Shown: piece by piece, positions 28,879-37,624 of the stretch
How positions within the stretch are numbered: position 1 is the first letter of the stretch
Layout: each line of letters starts with the position of its first letter
Assembly (NCBI GenBank): GCA_963667105.2
Contig: OY763089.1
Span: 1,306,362 to 1,370,361, forward strand
Direction of reading: 5' to 3'
DNA from: Dehalococcoidia bacterium
GTDB taxonomy: Bacteria; Chloroflexota; Dehalococcoidia; Lucifugimonadales; VXLM01
Length of the DNA: 64,000 bases
Program-made: the position numbers and the translations under genes
Notes under the pieces: generated by a model
Database searches by the model: none
What the model was told of the DNA's origin: nothing
What the model saw: the letters and a program-made list of their open reading frames with translations, nothing else

Positions 28879-29844
28879 TCACGTGACGACGTTGTTGGGG
28901 CGGCCTTCGAGGAAGGCGATGACGTTGGTGACGGCGCCCTCGTTGAGGAGCTCGATACCCTCAGAGGTCTGGTCGGCGAGGTGGGGTGTGAGGACGACTT
29001 GATCGCAAGACAGGATGGGATGGTCGGCGGGGAGCGGCTCCTGGGTGAAGACGTCGAGGCCCGCGCCAGCGAGGTGTCCCGATTGGAGGGCTTCGACGAG
29101 TGCCGTGTCGTCCACGAGTTCGCCGCGTCCGCCGTTGATGAGGAGCGAGCCGGGCTTCATCAGCGCAAGCTCGCGAGCGCCGATGATGTGGCGGCTGTTG
29201 GGGCTGAGGCGGACGTGAAGGCTGACGACGTCGGACTCCTTCAGGAGATCGTCCAGTTCGACGAACTCGACGCCGAGTTCTTGCGCCCGTTCGGGCGAGG
29301 GATTGTAGGTCCAAGCAAGACATTTCATGCCGAGGGCGTTGGCGATGCGGGCGACCTCGCGTCCGACGTTGCCGGTGCCGATGATACCGATGGTGCTGCC
29401 CTGGAGCGTCACGTTTTGCATGAGGGTCCAGCGTCCGGCCTTGAGCTCGATGGTCTGGAAGGCTGCGCGTTTGGCGGCTGCGAACATGAGGCCGATGACG
29501 TGCTCGGCTACGACGGGGGCGGTGCGTCCGGGCTGGTTGCTGACGACGATGCCTAGCTCGCGGGCGACCTCAATGTCGATCATGTCTACGCCTATGGAGC
29601 AGGTGGCGATCATCCTCAGGCTCGGCAGGGCACGGAGGGCCTCGGCGGGCCACTTGACGGCCCCGCGAGTGTTGATGATGACCTGAGCATCCCGCGCGCG
29701 TTCGAGCTGTTCTTCCATGCCCGAAGGCCGGTCGAGGTAGAGGGCTACGTCGCCATAGGGATCGAGTCGGTCGAGATGCGGCGACCCTTGGATCTGTGGC
29801 GGGTCGTCGCCGGGGACGACGAATTTGAGGCGGGTGTCGGTCAT
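28879..29844 (-). CDS. D-isomer-specific 2-hydroxyacid dehydrogenase (PGDH/GHPR-like)
   Basis: The NAD motif is IGIIGTGNVGREVA, with catalytic-region segments LINGGRGELVD and TPHLA. Start at ATG 29844 (MTDTRLKF). Confidence 0.85.
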   Translation of the reverse strand: MTDTRLKFVVPGDDPPQIQGSPHLDRLDPYGDVALYLDRPSGMEEQLERARDAQVIINTRGAVKWPAEALRALPSLRMIATCSIGVDMIDIEVARELGIVVSNQPGRTAPVVAEHVIGLMFAAAKRAAFQTIELKAGRWTLMQNVTLQGSTIGIIGTGNVGREVARIANALGMKCLAWTYNPSPERAQELGVEFVELDDLLKESDVVSLHVRLSPNSRHIIGARELALMKPGSLLINGGRGELVDDTALVEALQSGHLAGAGLDVFTQEPLPADHPILSCDQVVLTPHLADQTSEGIELLNEGAVTNVIAFLEGRPNNVVT

Positions 29845-29860
29845 GGCGTTTGTCGAGGCG

Positions 29861-30544
29861 TCAGTCGGACGCAGCAAGCTCCTTGAAGATACTCTCCCAC
29901 TCGCTGGGATCGCCCCGGCCATATCCGGCACGATAGACGATTGTTCCGTTGGCGTCAATGGCTACTTTGGTGGACTGCTGGGTGACTCTGAAGTTTCTGA
30001 CCATGTTCCCGGCGGCCCTGGCTACGGCGCCGGCGTGGCCGCTCTCGTTCTGGTAACTCTGGAGGTCGCTCAGGGACTCGTCGAAGGCCACGGCGTAGAG
30101 GTCTACCTTGTCCTTGAAGGACGGGTAGATTTCGGTCAGGCTCCGCAACGCGGAGCGACAGTCCGGTCACCACGTTGCGTGGAACAGGATGAAGACGGGC
30201 TTCCTCTGCGCCACGAGATCGGTCGAACTGACCTGGCGGTTCCGCGGAAGGTTGAGCACGTAATCGGGCGCGAGATCGCCGACATCAGTGCCCACCTCGG
30301 CGCTGACGGGCGGTCGCGTGGGTTCCGGCACGGACGTCGCCGTCGGTGGGAGGGAAGTCGGTTCCATGGTTGCCGTGGATTCAGGGGTATCGGTCGGGAC
30401 GGGTGAAGGATCTGCGGCCGGGACGGACTGCGCGAGAGGGGCGGTCGGATCGGCGGCGCCGTCGGACTCGCCGCCACAAGCGATGACGGCAAGAGTCAGC
30501 AGGGCCAGAAACCCGTAGAGCAATATGTGGATGAATAGCCTCAT
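29861..30544 (-). CDS. TlpA/ResA-like thioredoxin-fold lipoprotein with in-frame TGA at the CxxC position (candidate selenoprotein, UxxC)
   Basis: ORFs 30167..30544 and 29861..30148 share one frame and are separated only by TGA 30169..30167. The junction reads ILFHATW-TGA-PDCRSALRSL. The N-terminal signal has the lipobox LAVIAC. A SECIS-like hairpin follows the TGA. Confidence 0.6.
30135..30159 (-). promoter_or_regulatory. Candidate bacterial SECIS hairpin
   Basis: On the mRNA, UGA is followed by the 7-nt spacer CCGGACU, then GUC-GCUCCGC-GUU-GCGGAGC-(CU)-GAC. This is a 7-bp perfect stem (30156..30140) plus a 3-bp extension with a 2-nt bulge. The perfect stem starts 11 nt after the UGA. Confidence 0.45.
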
Positions 30545-30643
30545 TAAGTCCCTTCTCTACTGTTATCGTACCACCAAATTATGTCGAAGGGTGGCCGCAA
30601 AAGTGAAAAGCAGGTGAACGGGGCCAACGGGGATGGCGACGGC

Positions 30644-30672
30644 TTGGAACGAGGCGGGGAGTCACCTATAAT
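30644..30672 (+). promoter_or_regulatory. Sigma70-like promoter TTGGAA-N17-TATAAT
   Basis: TTGGAA at 30644..30649 and TATAAT at 30667..30672, about 48 nt upstream of the aminotransferase start. Confidence 0.5.
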
Positions 30673-30719
30673 ACGCGGCGCGTGAGGGATATTTTTCGAT
30701 GCAATGAGGTGAAGGCGGG

Positions 30720-31913
30720 ATGAGCAGCGTACCCGAATCGAAGGTTCCGGTGATGCCGCCGCGTATACTTCTGGGGCCGGGGCCGAGCAATGCGAGTCCG
30801 CGTGTGCTCCAGGCGATGATGTCGCCGATGATCGGGTACTCCGACCCGGAATTCATGGTCGTCTTGGACGAGGTGTCGGAGCTGCTGCGGCTGGTGTTCC
30901 AGACGGAAGAGGGGCTTGCCATTGCGCTGCCGGGGACGGGAAGCGCGGGAATGCAGGCGGGTCTAAACAGCCTGCTGGAACCGGGCGACACGGTGGTGAT
31001 CTGCTCGTGCGGGTACTTCGGGGAGCGGATGGCGGACATGGCCGAGCGGGTCGGGGCGAACGCGGTCGTCCTTCGCGGCGAGTGGGGAAAACCGTTCCCG
31101 CCGGAGATGCTGGAAGAGGAGCTTAGCAGGCACGACTCGGTGAAGATGGTCTCGGTGGTGCACGCGGAGACATCGACCGGCGTCCTGCAGCCGCTCGATG
31201 AGATCGCGCGTTTGGCGAAGGCGCATGGCGCTCTGCTGATGGTGGACGCGGTGACGTCGCTGGGGGGCAGCGAGTTCAACTTCGACGCTTTGGGTATCGA
31301 CTACGCCTACTCGTGCAGCCAGAAGTGCCTCGGCGCGCCGCCGGGAATATGTCCGGTGGCGGTCGGGCCGCGCGCGCTGGAGGTTATTGACTCGCGGACG
31401 ACGAAGCCGCCTTCGTGGTACCTCGACCTGGGTCTCATCGCGAAGTATTGGGGACCGGAGCATGTGTACCACCACACCCCGCCGGTGAGCATGATCCTTG
31501 GGCTGCGTGAGGCGCTGCGAATCGTGCTGGAAGAAGGGCTGGAAGCCAGGGTAGCGCGTCACCAGATGAACTCGGCGGCGCTCCGGGCAGGTGTCTCGGC
31601 GCTGGGTCTCGATTTCCTGGTGCCGGAGCCGCATCGGCTCGATCAGATTACAGCGGTGCAGATCCCTGACGGGGTGGACGACGCGACGGTGCGGCAGCGT
31701 CTGCTGCGGGAGCACTCTATCGAGATAGGGAAGGGCTTCGGGCCGTTTGACGGGAGCGTGTGGCGGATCGGACTGATGGGCGAGTCGAGCAAGGCGGAGT
31801 ACCTACTGGCGCTGCTTTCGAGTCTGGAGGGCATCCTGCCGGACGAGGGGTACGAGGTGGCTCAGGGCGCGGCTGTGTCGGCGGCGAGTAGGCGTTTGGC
31901 GGAGGGTGCGTAG
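30720..31913 (+). CDS. Class V aminotransferase (serine-pyruvate / alanine-glyoxylate type)
   Basis: LLGPGPSNASPRVLQAM, VSVVHAETSTGVLQPL, MVDAVTSLGG and SCSQKCLGAPPG (PLP lysine) fit the family. Confidence 0.85.
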   Translation: MSSVPESKVPVMPPRILLGPGPSNASPRVLQAMMSPMIGYSDPEFMVVLDEVSELLRLVFQTEEGLAIALPGTGSAGMQAGLNSLLEPGDTVVICSCGYFGERMADMAERVGANAVVLRGEWGKPFPPEMLEEELSRHDSVKMVSVVHAETSTGVLQPLDEIARLAKAHGALLMVDAVTSLGGSEFNFDALGIDYAYSCSQKCLGAPPGICPVAVGPRALEVIDSRTTKPPSWYLDLGLIAKYWGPEHVYHHTPPVSMILGLREALRIVLEEGLEARVARHQMNSAALRAGVSALGLDFLVPEPHRLDQITAVQIPDGVDDATVRQRLLREHSIEIGKGFGPFDGSVWRIGLMGESSKAEYLLALLSSLEGILPDEGYEVAQGAAVSAASRRLAEGA

Positions 31914-31922
31914 GGGGATTTA

Positions 31923-31962
31923 CCCTCACCCCAGCCCTCTCCCGCGAACGGGAGAGGGGGTT
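31923..31962. repeat. REP-like hairpin, family A (CCCTCACCCCAGCCCTCTCCCG-cgaa-CGGGAGAGGGGG)
   Basis: Stem CCCTCTCCCG/CGGGAGAGGG. The 38-mer 31923..31960 recurs exactly, reverse-complemented, at 58479..58516 and with one mismatch at 46907..46944. Confidence 0.8.
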
Positions 31963-32003
31963 CCGATGGGAATAGGCAGTATTACGTGAGAAGAGGACAA
32001 TCA

Positions 32004-32753
32004 ATGTCGAGATTTGAGGAACAGGTAGCGATAGTGACGGGAGCGGGCGAAGGTCTTGGGTTTGGAATCGCGCAGCGGCTTGGGAGCGAAGGGGCGCGGA
32101 TTGCCATCGTCGATATGAACGCGGACGTTGCGGAGCAGGCCTCGCAGGCGCTGGCCGAGCAGGGCGTGGACTCGGAGGTGGTGCTGGGCGACGTGGGAGA
32201 CGACGAGACGGCGCAGCAGGCGGTCAGGCAAGCGATAGACCGGTGGGGGCGCATCGACATCCTGGTGAACAACGCGGGGATCGCGGGGCACTCGGCGAGC
32301 GTTTGGGAGCTGCCGATCGAGGAGATGGACAGGGTGTACCGGACGAACCTGCGCGGGGTGTATGCGTTCTGCCACTACGTGATTCCGCACATGATCGAGC
32401 GGGACTACGGGCGGATCATCAATATCGCGTCCATCGCGGGCAAGGAGGGCAACCCGAAGGCGGTGCCCTACTCGGCGACGAAGGCGGGCGTTATCGGGCT
32501 GACGAAGTCCGTCGGCAAGGAGCTGGCGACGACGGGCATTCGCGTGAACTGCATCACGCCCGCGGTCGTGCGGACGCGCATCCTCGAACAGCTCACGCAG
32601 GAGCACATCGACTACATGATTTCGAAGATACCGATGGGGCGAACGGGAGAGGTGTCGGAGGTGGCGGCGCTGGTCGCGTGGCTGGCGTCGGAGGAGTGCT
32701 CGTTCAGCACGGGCGCGGTGTTCGACATAAGCGGCGGAAGGGCGACGTACTGA
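32004..32753 (+). CDS. Short-chain dehydrogenase/reductase (FabG-like)
   Basis: TGAGEGLG, NNAGI and YSATKAGVIGLTK fit the family. Start at ATG 32004. Confidence 0.85.
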   Translation: MSRFEEQVAIVTGAGEGLGFGIAQRLGSEGARIAIVDMNADVAEQASQALAEQGVDSEVVLGDVGDDETAQQAVRQAIDRWGRIDILVNNAGIAGHSASVWELPIEEMDRVYRTNLRGVYAFCHYVIPHMIERDYGRIINIASIAGKEGNPKAVPYSATKAGVIGLTKSVGKELATTGIRVNCITPAVVRTRILEQLTQEHIDYMISKIPMGRTGEVSEVAALVAWLASEECSFSTGAVFDISGGRATY

Positions 32754-32783
32754 GAAAGTGTAAGATGTAATGAAGGGGGAGCC

Positions 32784-33236
32784 ATGTCTCTGAGACTCAA
32801 TCCGGACATTACCATCAGAAAACGGGACGGCAGGCCAATCGCAATCGTTGAGGTCAAGAACAAACGAGTATTGACCGAACACGACGCATCGTATTTGCGT
32901 CATACATTCCTTGCGCACGGTCTTATGGAGGATGTCCCATACTTCCTCGTTTTGTCGCAAGATGTCGGGTACCTTTGGCATCAGAAAGAATTGACGGGGC
33001 CGGAGGTCGAAACCTACACGCACTTTTCAATGGATGGAGTTCTCAAGCGATTCATGTCGGAAGCCGACCTTGAGGCACGCCTCCACGGGGCCGAGCTTGA
33101 ACTCGTGGTCTGGCAGTGGCTCACGGAAATAGCGGGCAACGGACTGAATGCAGACCAAGAACCTGAAAGCCAGCTCCGTTCATCCGGTTTCCTCGATGCC
33201 CTGCAGGAGACGTCGGTTAGGATGGCGGCTGCGTGA
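32784..33236 (+). CDS. Small PD-(D/E)xK-fold protein (HsdR_N-like nuclease domain) with acidic helical C-terminus
   Basis: 150 aa. PDITIRKRDGRPIAIVEVKNK gives D-x13-E-V-K, followed by YFLVLSQDVGYLW. This pattern matches stand-alone restriction-endonuclease-like domains. GC is lower than in flanking genes. The stop overlaps the next gene's start (GTGA). Confidence 0.5.
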   Translation: MSLRLNPDITIRKRDGRPIAIVEVKNKRVLTEHDASYLRHTFLAHGLMEDVPYFLVLSQDVGYLWHQKELTGPEVETYTHFSMDGVLKRFMSEADLEARLHGAELELVVWQWLTEIAGNGLNADQEPESQLRSSGFLDALQETSVRMAAA

Positions 33237-33844
33237 CAATTTACGTGGAGTCGAATTTCATACTTGAAATCGCTCTCGGCCAGGAGGAGTCACACTATGC
33301 TATGGAGTTGTTGTCTAAAGCCGAGAACGGCGATATAACACTTGCCTTTCCCTCGTTCGCGCTCAGCGAACCGTTCGCAACAGTTACCCAAAGAGATCGT
33401 CGAAGGAAAGCCGTCATCAGGTCGATGACCGGTCTGTTCGAGGACTTTGAGCGGTCTGATCCCCACCGCCATATCGCTGAGTCGATGAATCCTGTGATAC
33501 ACGAACTGCGCAACGTCTATCAGAATGAGGTCTCTCGCCTGGAGTCCACAGTGAAACGCCTGCTTCACGTCGGTCGGTCTATTGAATTGGATAGCACAAG
33601 CTATGAGGCTGCGTTGGAGAACGAGAGCAGGTACGGCCTCTCTCCTCAAGATTCAATCATCTACGCATCAATCGTGCGAGACCTTTCTGTATCGGTTCGT
33701 GCAGACCGGAGTTGCTTTATGAGTCGAAATTGGAAGGACTTCGGCGATCCTGACATCAGGGCAGAGTTGGCATCTTATGATTGCCAGTACGAGGAAAGTT
33801 ACGAGACAGGTGTCTCGCTCGTACGAAAAGGGATTGTTCGGTAA
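33233..33844 (+). CDS. PIN-like domain protein with helical insertion
   Basis: 203 aa. The N-terminal IYVESNFILE, central SPQDSIIYASIV and C-terminal FMSRNWKDF correspond to PIN acidic motifs 1, 3 and 4. About 90 aa are inserted between them. The GTG start at 33233 overlaps the upstream stop by 4 nt. Confidence 0.5.
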   Translation: MTIYVESNFILEIALGQEESHYAMELLSKAENGDITLAFPSFALSEPFATVTQRDRRRKAVIRSMTGLFEDFERSDPHRHIAESMNPVIHELRNVYQNEVSRLESTVKRLLHVGRSIELDSTSYEAALENESRYGLSPQDSIIYASIVRDLSVSVRADRSCFMSRNWKDFGDPDIRAELASYDCQYEESYETGVSLVRKGIVR

Positions 33845-33891
33845 GGGCGAGTCATAAGGTTAGAAGGAAGACTCAATTGAATTCCCCCACC

Positions 33892-34764
33892 ATGAAGGGC
33901 CTGTTTCCCATACTTGCTACGCCGTTTGATGTGGACGACCGGATCGACGTGGAGGATTTACGGCGGGAGGTGGACTTCGTCATCGAGAACGGGGCGCACG
34001 GTGTTGGGATCGCGTTCGCGAGTGAGGTGGTGAAGCTGTCGGATGCGGAGCGCGACGTGGCGACGCGGACGGTGGTGGAGCAGGCCAGAGGAAGGGTTCC
34101 CGTGGTGATGAACACGGGGGCGCCGAGCACGGCAGTGACCGTGCAGTACAGCAGGCGTGCGGAGGAGCTTGGAGCGGACGCCTCGATGGTCACGCCGCCG
34201 GTTGGAGTGTCGGCGGATGTCGTCAAGGAATACTACCGACGGGTATCGGACGCGACGACGATACCCATCTTCATCCAGGACGTGCCCACGGCGGCGGTGT
34301 CGCCCGCGCTGGCGGGGGAGATGGCCCGCGAGATCGAGGGCGTGCAGTACATCAAGGCGGAGAACCCGCCGACACCGGCGAGCATCGCGGGGTTCGTGGA
34401 GGAGGGCGGCGACTCGCTTACGGTCTTCGGTGGCGCGGGAGGCGCGTTCTTCGTTGAGGAGATGCGGCGCGGGTCGGTCGGGATCATGCCCCATGCAGCA
34501 TTCCCCGACCTGTTCCGCTCGGTGTGGGATCTGTTCCAGTCGGGCGACGAGGCGGGGGCCGTGGAGGCGTTCAATAGTATGACGCCGCTACTGCGTGTGA
34601 TGACGCAGGGGGCGGGGCCGTCGTCGCTGCACTTGGTCAAAGAGACGCTGCGGCTGCGAGGGGTGTTCACGTCGGTGAACGTGCGGCACCCGGACGTGCC
34701 GCCGAGCGAGTTTACGTATCGCGAGCTGCGGGAGGCGGTGGAGGCGGCGGGGTTGGCCGTGTAG
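33892..34764 (+). CDS. DapA/DHDPS-family aldolase (paralog 4)
   Basis: ATG 33892 (MKGLFPILATPFDVDDRID). The segments HGVGIAFASEV, PVVMNTGA and GADASMVTPP fit the family. Confidence 0.85.
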   Translation: MKGLFPILATPFDVDDRIDVEDLRREVDFVIENGAHGVGIAFASEVVKLSDAERDVATRTVVEQARGRVPVVMNTGAPSTAVTVQYSRRAEELGADASMVTPPVGVSADVVKEYYRRVSDATTIPIFIQDVPTAAVSPALAGEMAREIEGVQYIKAENPPTPASIAGFVEEGGDSLTVFGGAGGAFFVEEMRRGSVGIMPHAAFPDLFRSVWDLFQSGDEAGAVEAFNSMTPLLRVMTQGAGPSSLHLVKETLRLRGVFTSVNVRHPDVPPSEFTYRELREAVEAAGLAV

Positions 34765-36882
34765 TTACTGAGCCGGTTGCGGTTCCTTTGTCCCGTATAT
34801 CGACGGGTCGGTTGCCAGCAGTGTGCGGAGGCGGGCCACGGCGTCGACGGCATCTTCGTCCAGTCCCAGCAGATCCTGGACGATGCGCCGGTCGAGGTCT
34901 ATGCGGGCGGGGTCGACGGCGCACTGGTGGAATGATCCGAACTTTCGGTCGCTGAAGTCACGCCAGATTGCCTGCGCCGTGTCCAACTGCCATGGGCGGA
35001 GCTTGCGAACGTCGAGCGTGGACATCGTTTCGAGCATTCCCTTGCTTCCCTGTCCTCTGCCGTCCTGGGATCTGTTGGAACCGTTGGCGTGAAGGATTAA
35101 TCCAAGTGTAGAGTTGAACCACAAGGCGAGGGCGGCCTCGCGTTGCGTCTTGAGTGTTGGGTCATCATCTTGAACGCTCAAGGTGTACCACGCTCGCACG
35201 CCCAGGGTGCGGACGTTGGTGCGAATTGCCATTATCGGTTGCGCGTTATATCGGATATCACGTGTCACGTGAAGCGCGCCGGCCTGAGACCAAATTAACT
35301 GATAAGCAATACCCGGCTTGGGAACGAGCCATGCGTTCGGGTCAGTTATCAGACCCTGATGAATCGACGAGTCGAGAGTCCAAAGCGCAGGGAACTGGGC
35401 TTGATCGTTCCGTCCGTGATACCCGTCAAAGACTCCGAGTGAGCCGCGAATTCTGCGATCCTGCGGGCCAACGTTGCACACGTCTTTCATGGGCGCGACG
35501 GGGACGCGGGCGACGGCGCGCGTACCGTCGGACGCCCAGAGCTCGCCCCGTTCAAGGGCCGCGGCGAACTGGGCCGTCGCGCCATTCCTCCACCGTGCCG
35601 CCTTCCAAGGCTCCGAGCCGACGGGGCCTTCCATGATCTCGCCCCACTGCTCTCCCCCCACCATGACCGGACTGCCGCCGACGGGTGGGCCGTCGGAGCG
35701 GTGCATGGGGGTTGAGGCGGCGGCGTTGACGGCGTTGGTTATGGCGAGTGCGTCCGTCTCGCGGTAGGCGGCGCGCCGGAGGTTGACGAAGACGCCTCTT
35801 TGGGGCGGGTTTTCGTTCCCGCGGAGCCGGCGGGCGACGATCAGCGTCTCGGCTATGGCGGTGTCGTAGGACATGGAGCGCAGTTGGGTATCGTGGGAGG
35901 AGACGACGAACTCGACCTCGTACTTGGAGGAGAGCATTTCGCGGATGCCACGCCACGACTCGCCGGACAGCGCGGTAACGGGCAGGACGAGGGCGATGCG
36001 TCCGCCGCGCTTGACCATGCGGTCTGCGAGGACGGTGAACGACGCGCCGTGTCCAGCCATCTGGTTGGCGGGAGTGCCGCGCAGGAGCTCGGACGTGCGG
36101 CGGGCTATGGCATTTTGTGATTCGGGGCCGTCTTCGGGGGCGGACAGGACGCGGGCCAGCGCTTCGCCCTTGCCGCCGTCGCTTCCCCGCCTCGTGAACG
36201 GGGGATTGCTGATAACGAGATCGGCCTGGGGACGCTGGACGATGTCGCCGTTCCCATTCTTCGCGCCTACCTGCTCCTGGGAGCCGGAGAAGAAGGCCTG
36301 TGCCTGGGGCGCTTTGAGCCAGTCGAGGGAGCCGAGTTGGATGTCGCCAGAGGGTTCCATTCGCAGGAACAGCGTATGCAGCTGCATTTGCGCGAATCTC
36401 ACCGTGGGGGACATGGCGGCGAGCGTCGCTGCCGTCAGGTGAATGGCGGCCTGTACGACGTCGGCCCCAAAGAGCACGCGCTCGACGAGGGCCTGATGGA
36501 GCCGGTTGATTTCCGGCGTGGAAACGTCGGAGGCGGCGTAGTTCTGGAATATCTGCCGGTAGGCGGCCATGAGCAGGGTTCCCGTTCCACAAGCCGGATC
36601 TACGACGCTCATCTCTCCCAGCGCCTCGACGTTGGTCCAATCGACGTTGGGCCACCTGTCGGGCGAGAGGGCGAGACCCGCCAAGACGGTGGAGGCGGGT
36701 ATGCTCGTGTAGAAGGCGGCAATCAGCTTCCTGTCGGTGATGAGCCGGTTGAATATCATCCCGGCCAGATCGTGTCGACCGACAGCGCGCATCCCCAGCA
36801 GGCGCTCCGCCGTTCGAGCGCATTCCCACAGTACGGACGGCCCCTCGATGCCGGTAAATGCTTTCACTACGTCCTTAGCCAT
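34765..36882 (-). CDS. N6-adenine DNA methyltransferase (gamma class) plus target-recognition region; probably the C-terminal 705 aa of a type IIG-like fusion
   Basis: Motif I is VVDPACGTGTLL and motif IV is LVISNPPFTR, followed by a long C-terminal TRD-like region. The frame stays open and protein-like upstream of ATG 36882 (ALDAARTGEGTFSKFAQLQIWEEILEVDYYPIFI-M). Confidence 0.85.
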   Translation of the reverse strand: MAKDVVKAFTGIEGPSVLWECARTAERLLGMRAVGRHDLAGMIFNRLITDRKLIAAFYTSIPASTVLAGLALSPDRWPNVDWTNVEALGEMSVVDPACGTGTLLMAAYRQIFQNYAASDVSTPEINRLHQALVERVLFGADVVQAAIHLTAATLAAMSPTVRFAQMQLHTLFLRMEPSGDIQLGSLDWLKAPQAQAFFSGSQEQVGAKNGNGDIVQRPQADLVISNPPFTRRGSDGGKGEALARVLSAPEDGPESQNAIARRTSELLRGTPANQMAGHGASFTVLADRMVKRGGRIALVLPVTALSGESWRGIREMLSSKYEVEFVVSSHDTQLRSMSYDTAIAETLIVARRLRGNENPPQRGVFVNLRRAAYRETDALAITNAVNAAASTPMHRSDGPPVGGSPVMVGGEQWGEIMEGPVGSEPWKAARWRNGATAQFAAALERGELWASDGTRAVARVPVAPMKDVCNVGPQDRRIRGSLGVFDGYHGRNDQAQFPALWTLDSSIHQGLITDPNAWLVPKPGIAYQLIWSQAGALHVTRDIRYNAQPIMAIRTNVRTLGVRAWYTLSVQDDDPTLKTQREAALALWFNSTLGLILHANGSNRSQDGRGQGSKGMLETMSTLDVRKLRPWQLDTAQAIWRDFSDRKFGSFHQCAVDPARIDLDRRIVQDLLGLDEDAVDAVARLRTLLATDPSIYGTKEPQPAQ

Positions 36883-37624
36883 GATGAATATCGGGTAGTA
36901 GTCGACTTCCAGTATCTCTTCCCAGATTTGGAGTTGGGCGAACTTCGAGAATGTCCCCTCTCCCGTACGGGCAGCGTCTAGGGCGGGAACGTATTCTGTT
37001 CACGGGCGAGTCTCTCTTGGAAGAGCATGGCGTTGATGATGACGAGCGCGCCATGTGGGCGACTTCATCGCCTGGGGGAGCGCGGAAGACGTTGGCGACG
37101 CGGGCAAGCGTGCCGGGAGCGCGGTAGAGTATGACCCCGGCCCGACGCGCTCCCTCGTCGAGAACGTTGACAGTCTCGTCCAAATCGCCGGATGGGGGAG
37201 TCGCGAGAGTGACGGCGTTCCCCAGTTCGGATACTTTCCCTGAGAGCTTCGGTCCCGACGTGCCGTCGCTGCGCCATTCCTGCCATTGGAGGGTGGAGGC
37301 CTCCAAGCGGTCGAACAGGTCACGCTGGTCTGTCGCGCGGAGTCGAGCGGGCACGGTTACGGCGAAGGCGTTCTGCACCTTCGCCCCGTCTATTTCCATG
37401 CCGAGCCGGGAGAGGGCGTCAGCCTGCACGGTGCGGGCGGGTTCAAACTCGATTTCAAGGACGATGGGGGCGGCTTGCGGGAGACGAACGATGATGTCGG
37501 GGCGTCTTCCGTTCACGAGGGACTCGGCGACGGCGGAGAAGCCGAGTCGCTCCCGGAGTACCCTGGCGAGCGTGTCGTTGATGACCGATTCGTGGCTGCG
37601 GTCACTGCCGGTTGGGGTTGTCAT
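36875..37624 (-). CDS. N-terminal PD-(D/E)xK-like segment, most likely the same polypeptide as the methyltransferase (two frame disruptions)
   Basis: ATG 37624 (MTTPTGSDRSHESVIN...) overlaps the TGA of the upstream Ldh2 gene (ATGA). RRPDIIVRLPQAAPIVLEIEFEP resembles a nuclease core. Frame changes at about 37043..37057 and about 36981..36989 connect ...PPGDEVAHM / ALVIINAMLFQERLAREQNTFP / ALDAARTGEG... to the MTase frame. The first 150 aa of ORF 36875..38083 are out-of-frame overlap with Ldh2 and are discarded. Confidence 0.5.
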   Translation of the reverse strand: MTTPTGSDRSHESVINDTLARVLRERLGFSAVAESLVNGRRPDIIVRLPQAAPIVLEIEFEPARTVQADALSRLGMEIDGAKVQNAFAVTVPARLRATDQRDLFDRLEASTLQWQEWRSDGTSGPKLSGKVSELGNAVTLATPPSGDLDETVNVLDEGARRAGVILYRAPGTLARVANVFRAPPGDEVAHMARSSSSTPCSSKRDSPVNRIRSRPRRCPYGRGDILEVRPTPNLGRDTGSRLLPDIHHG

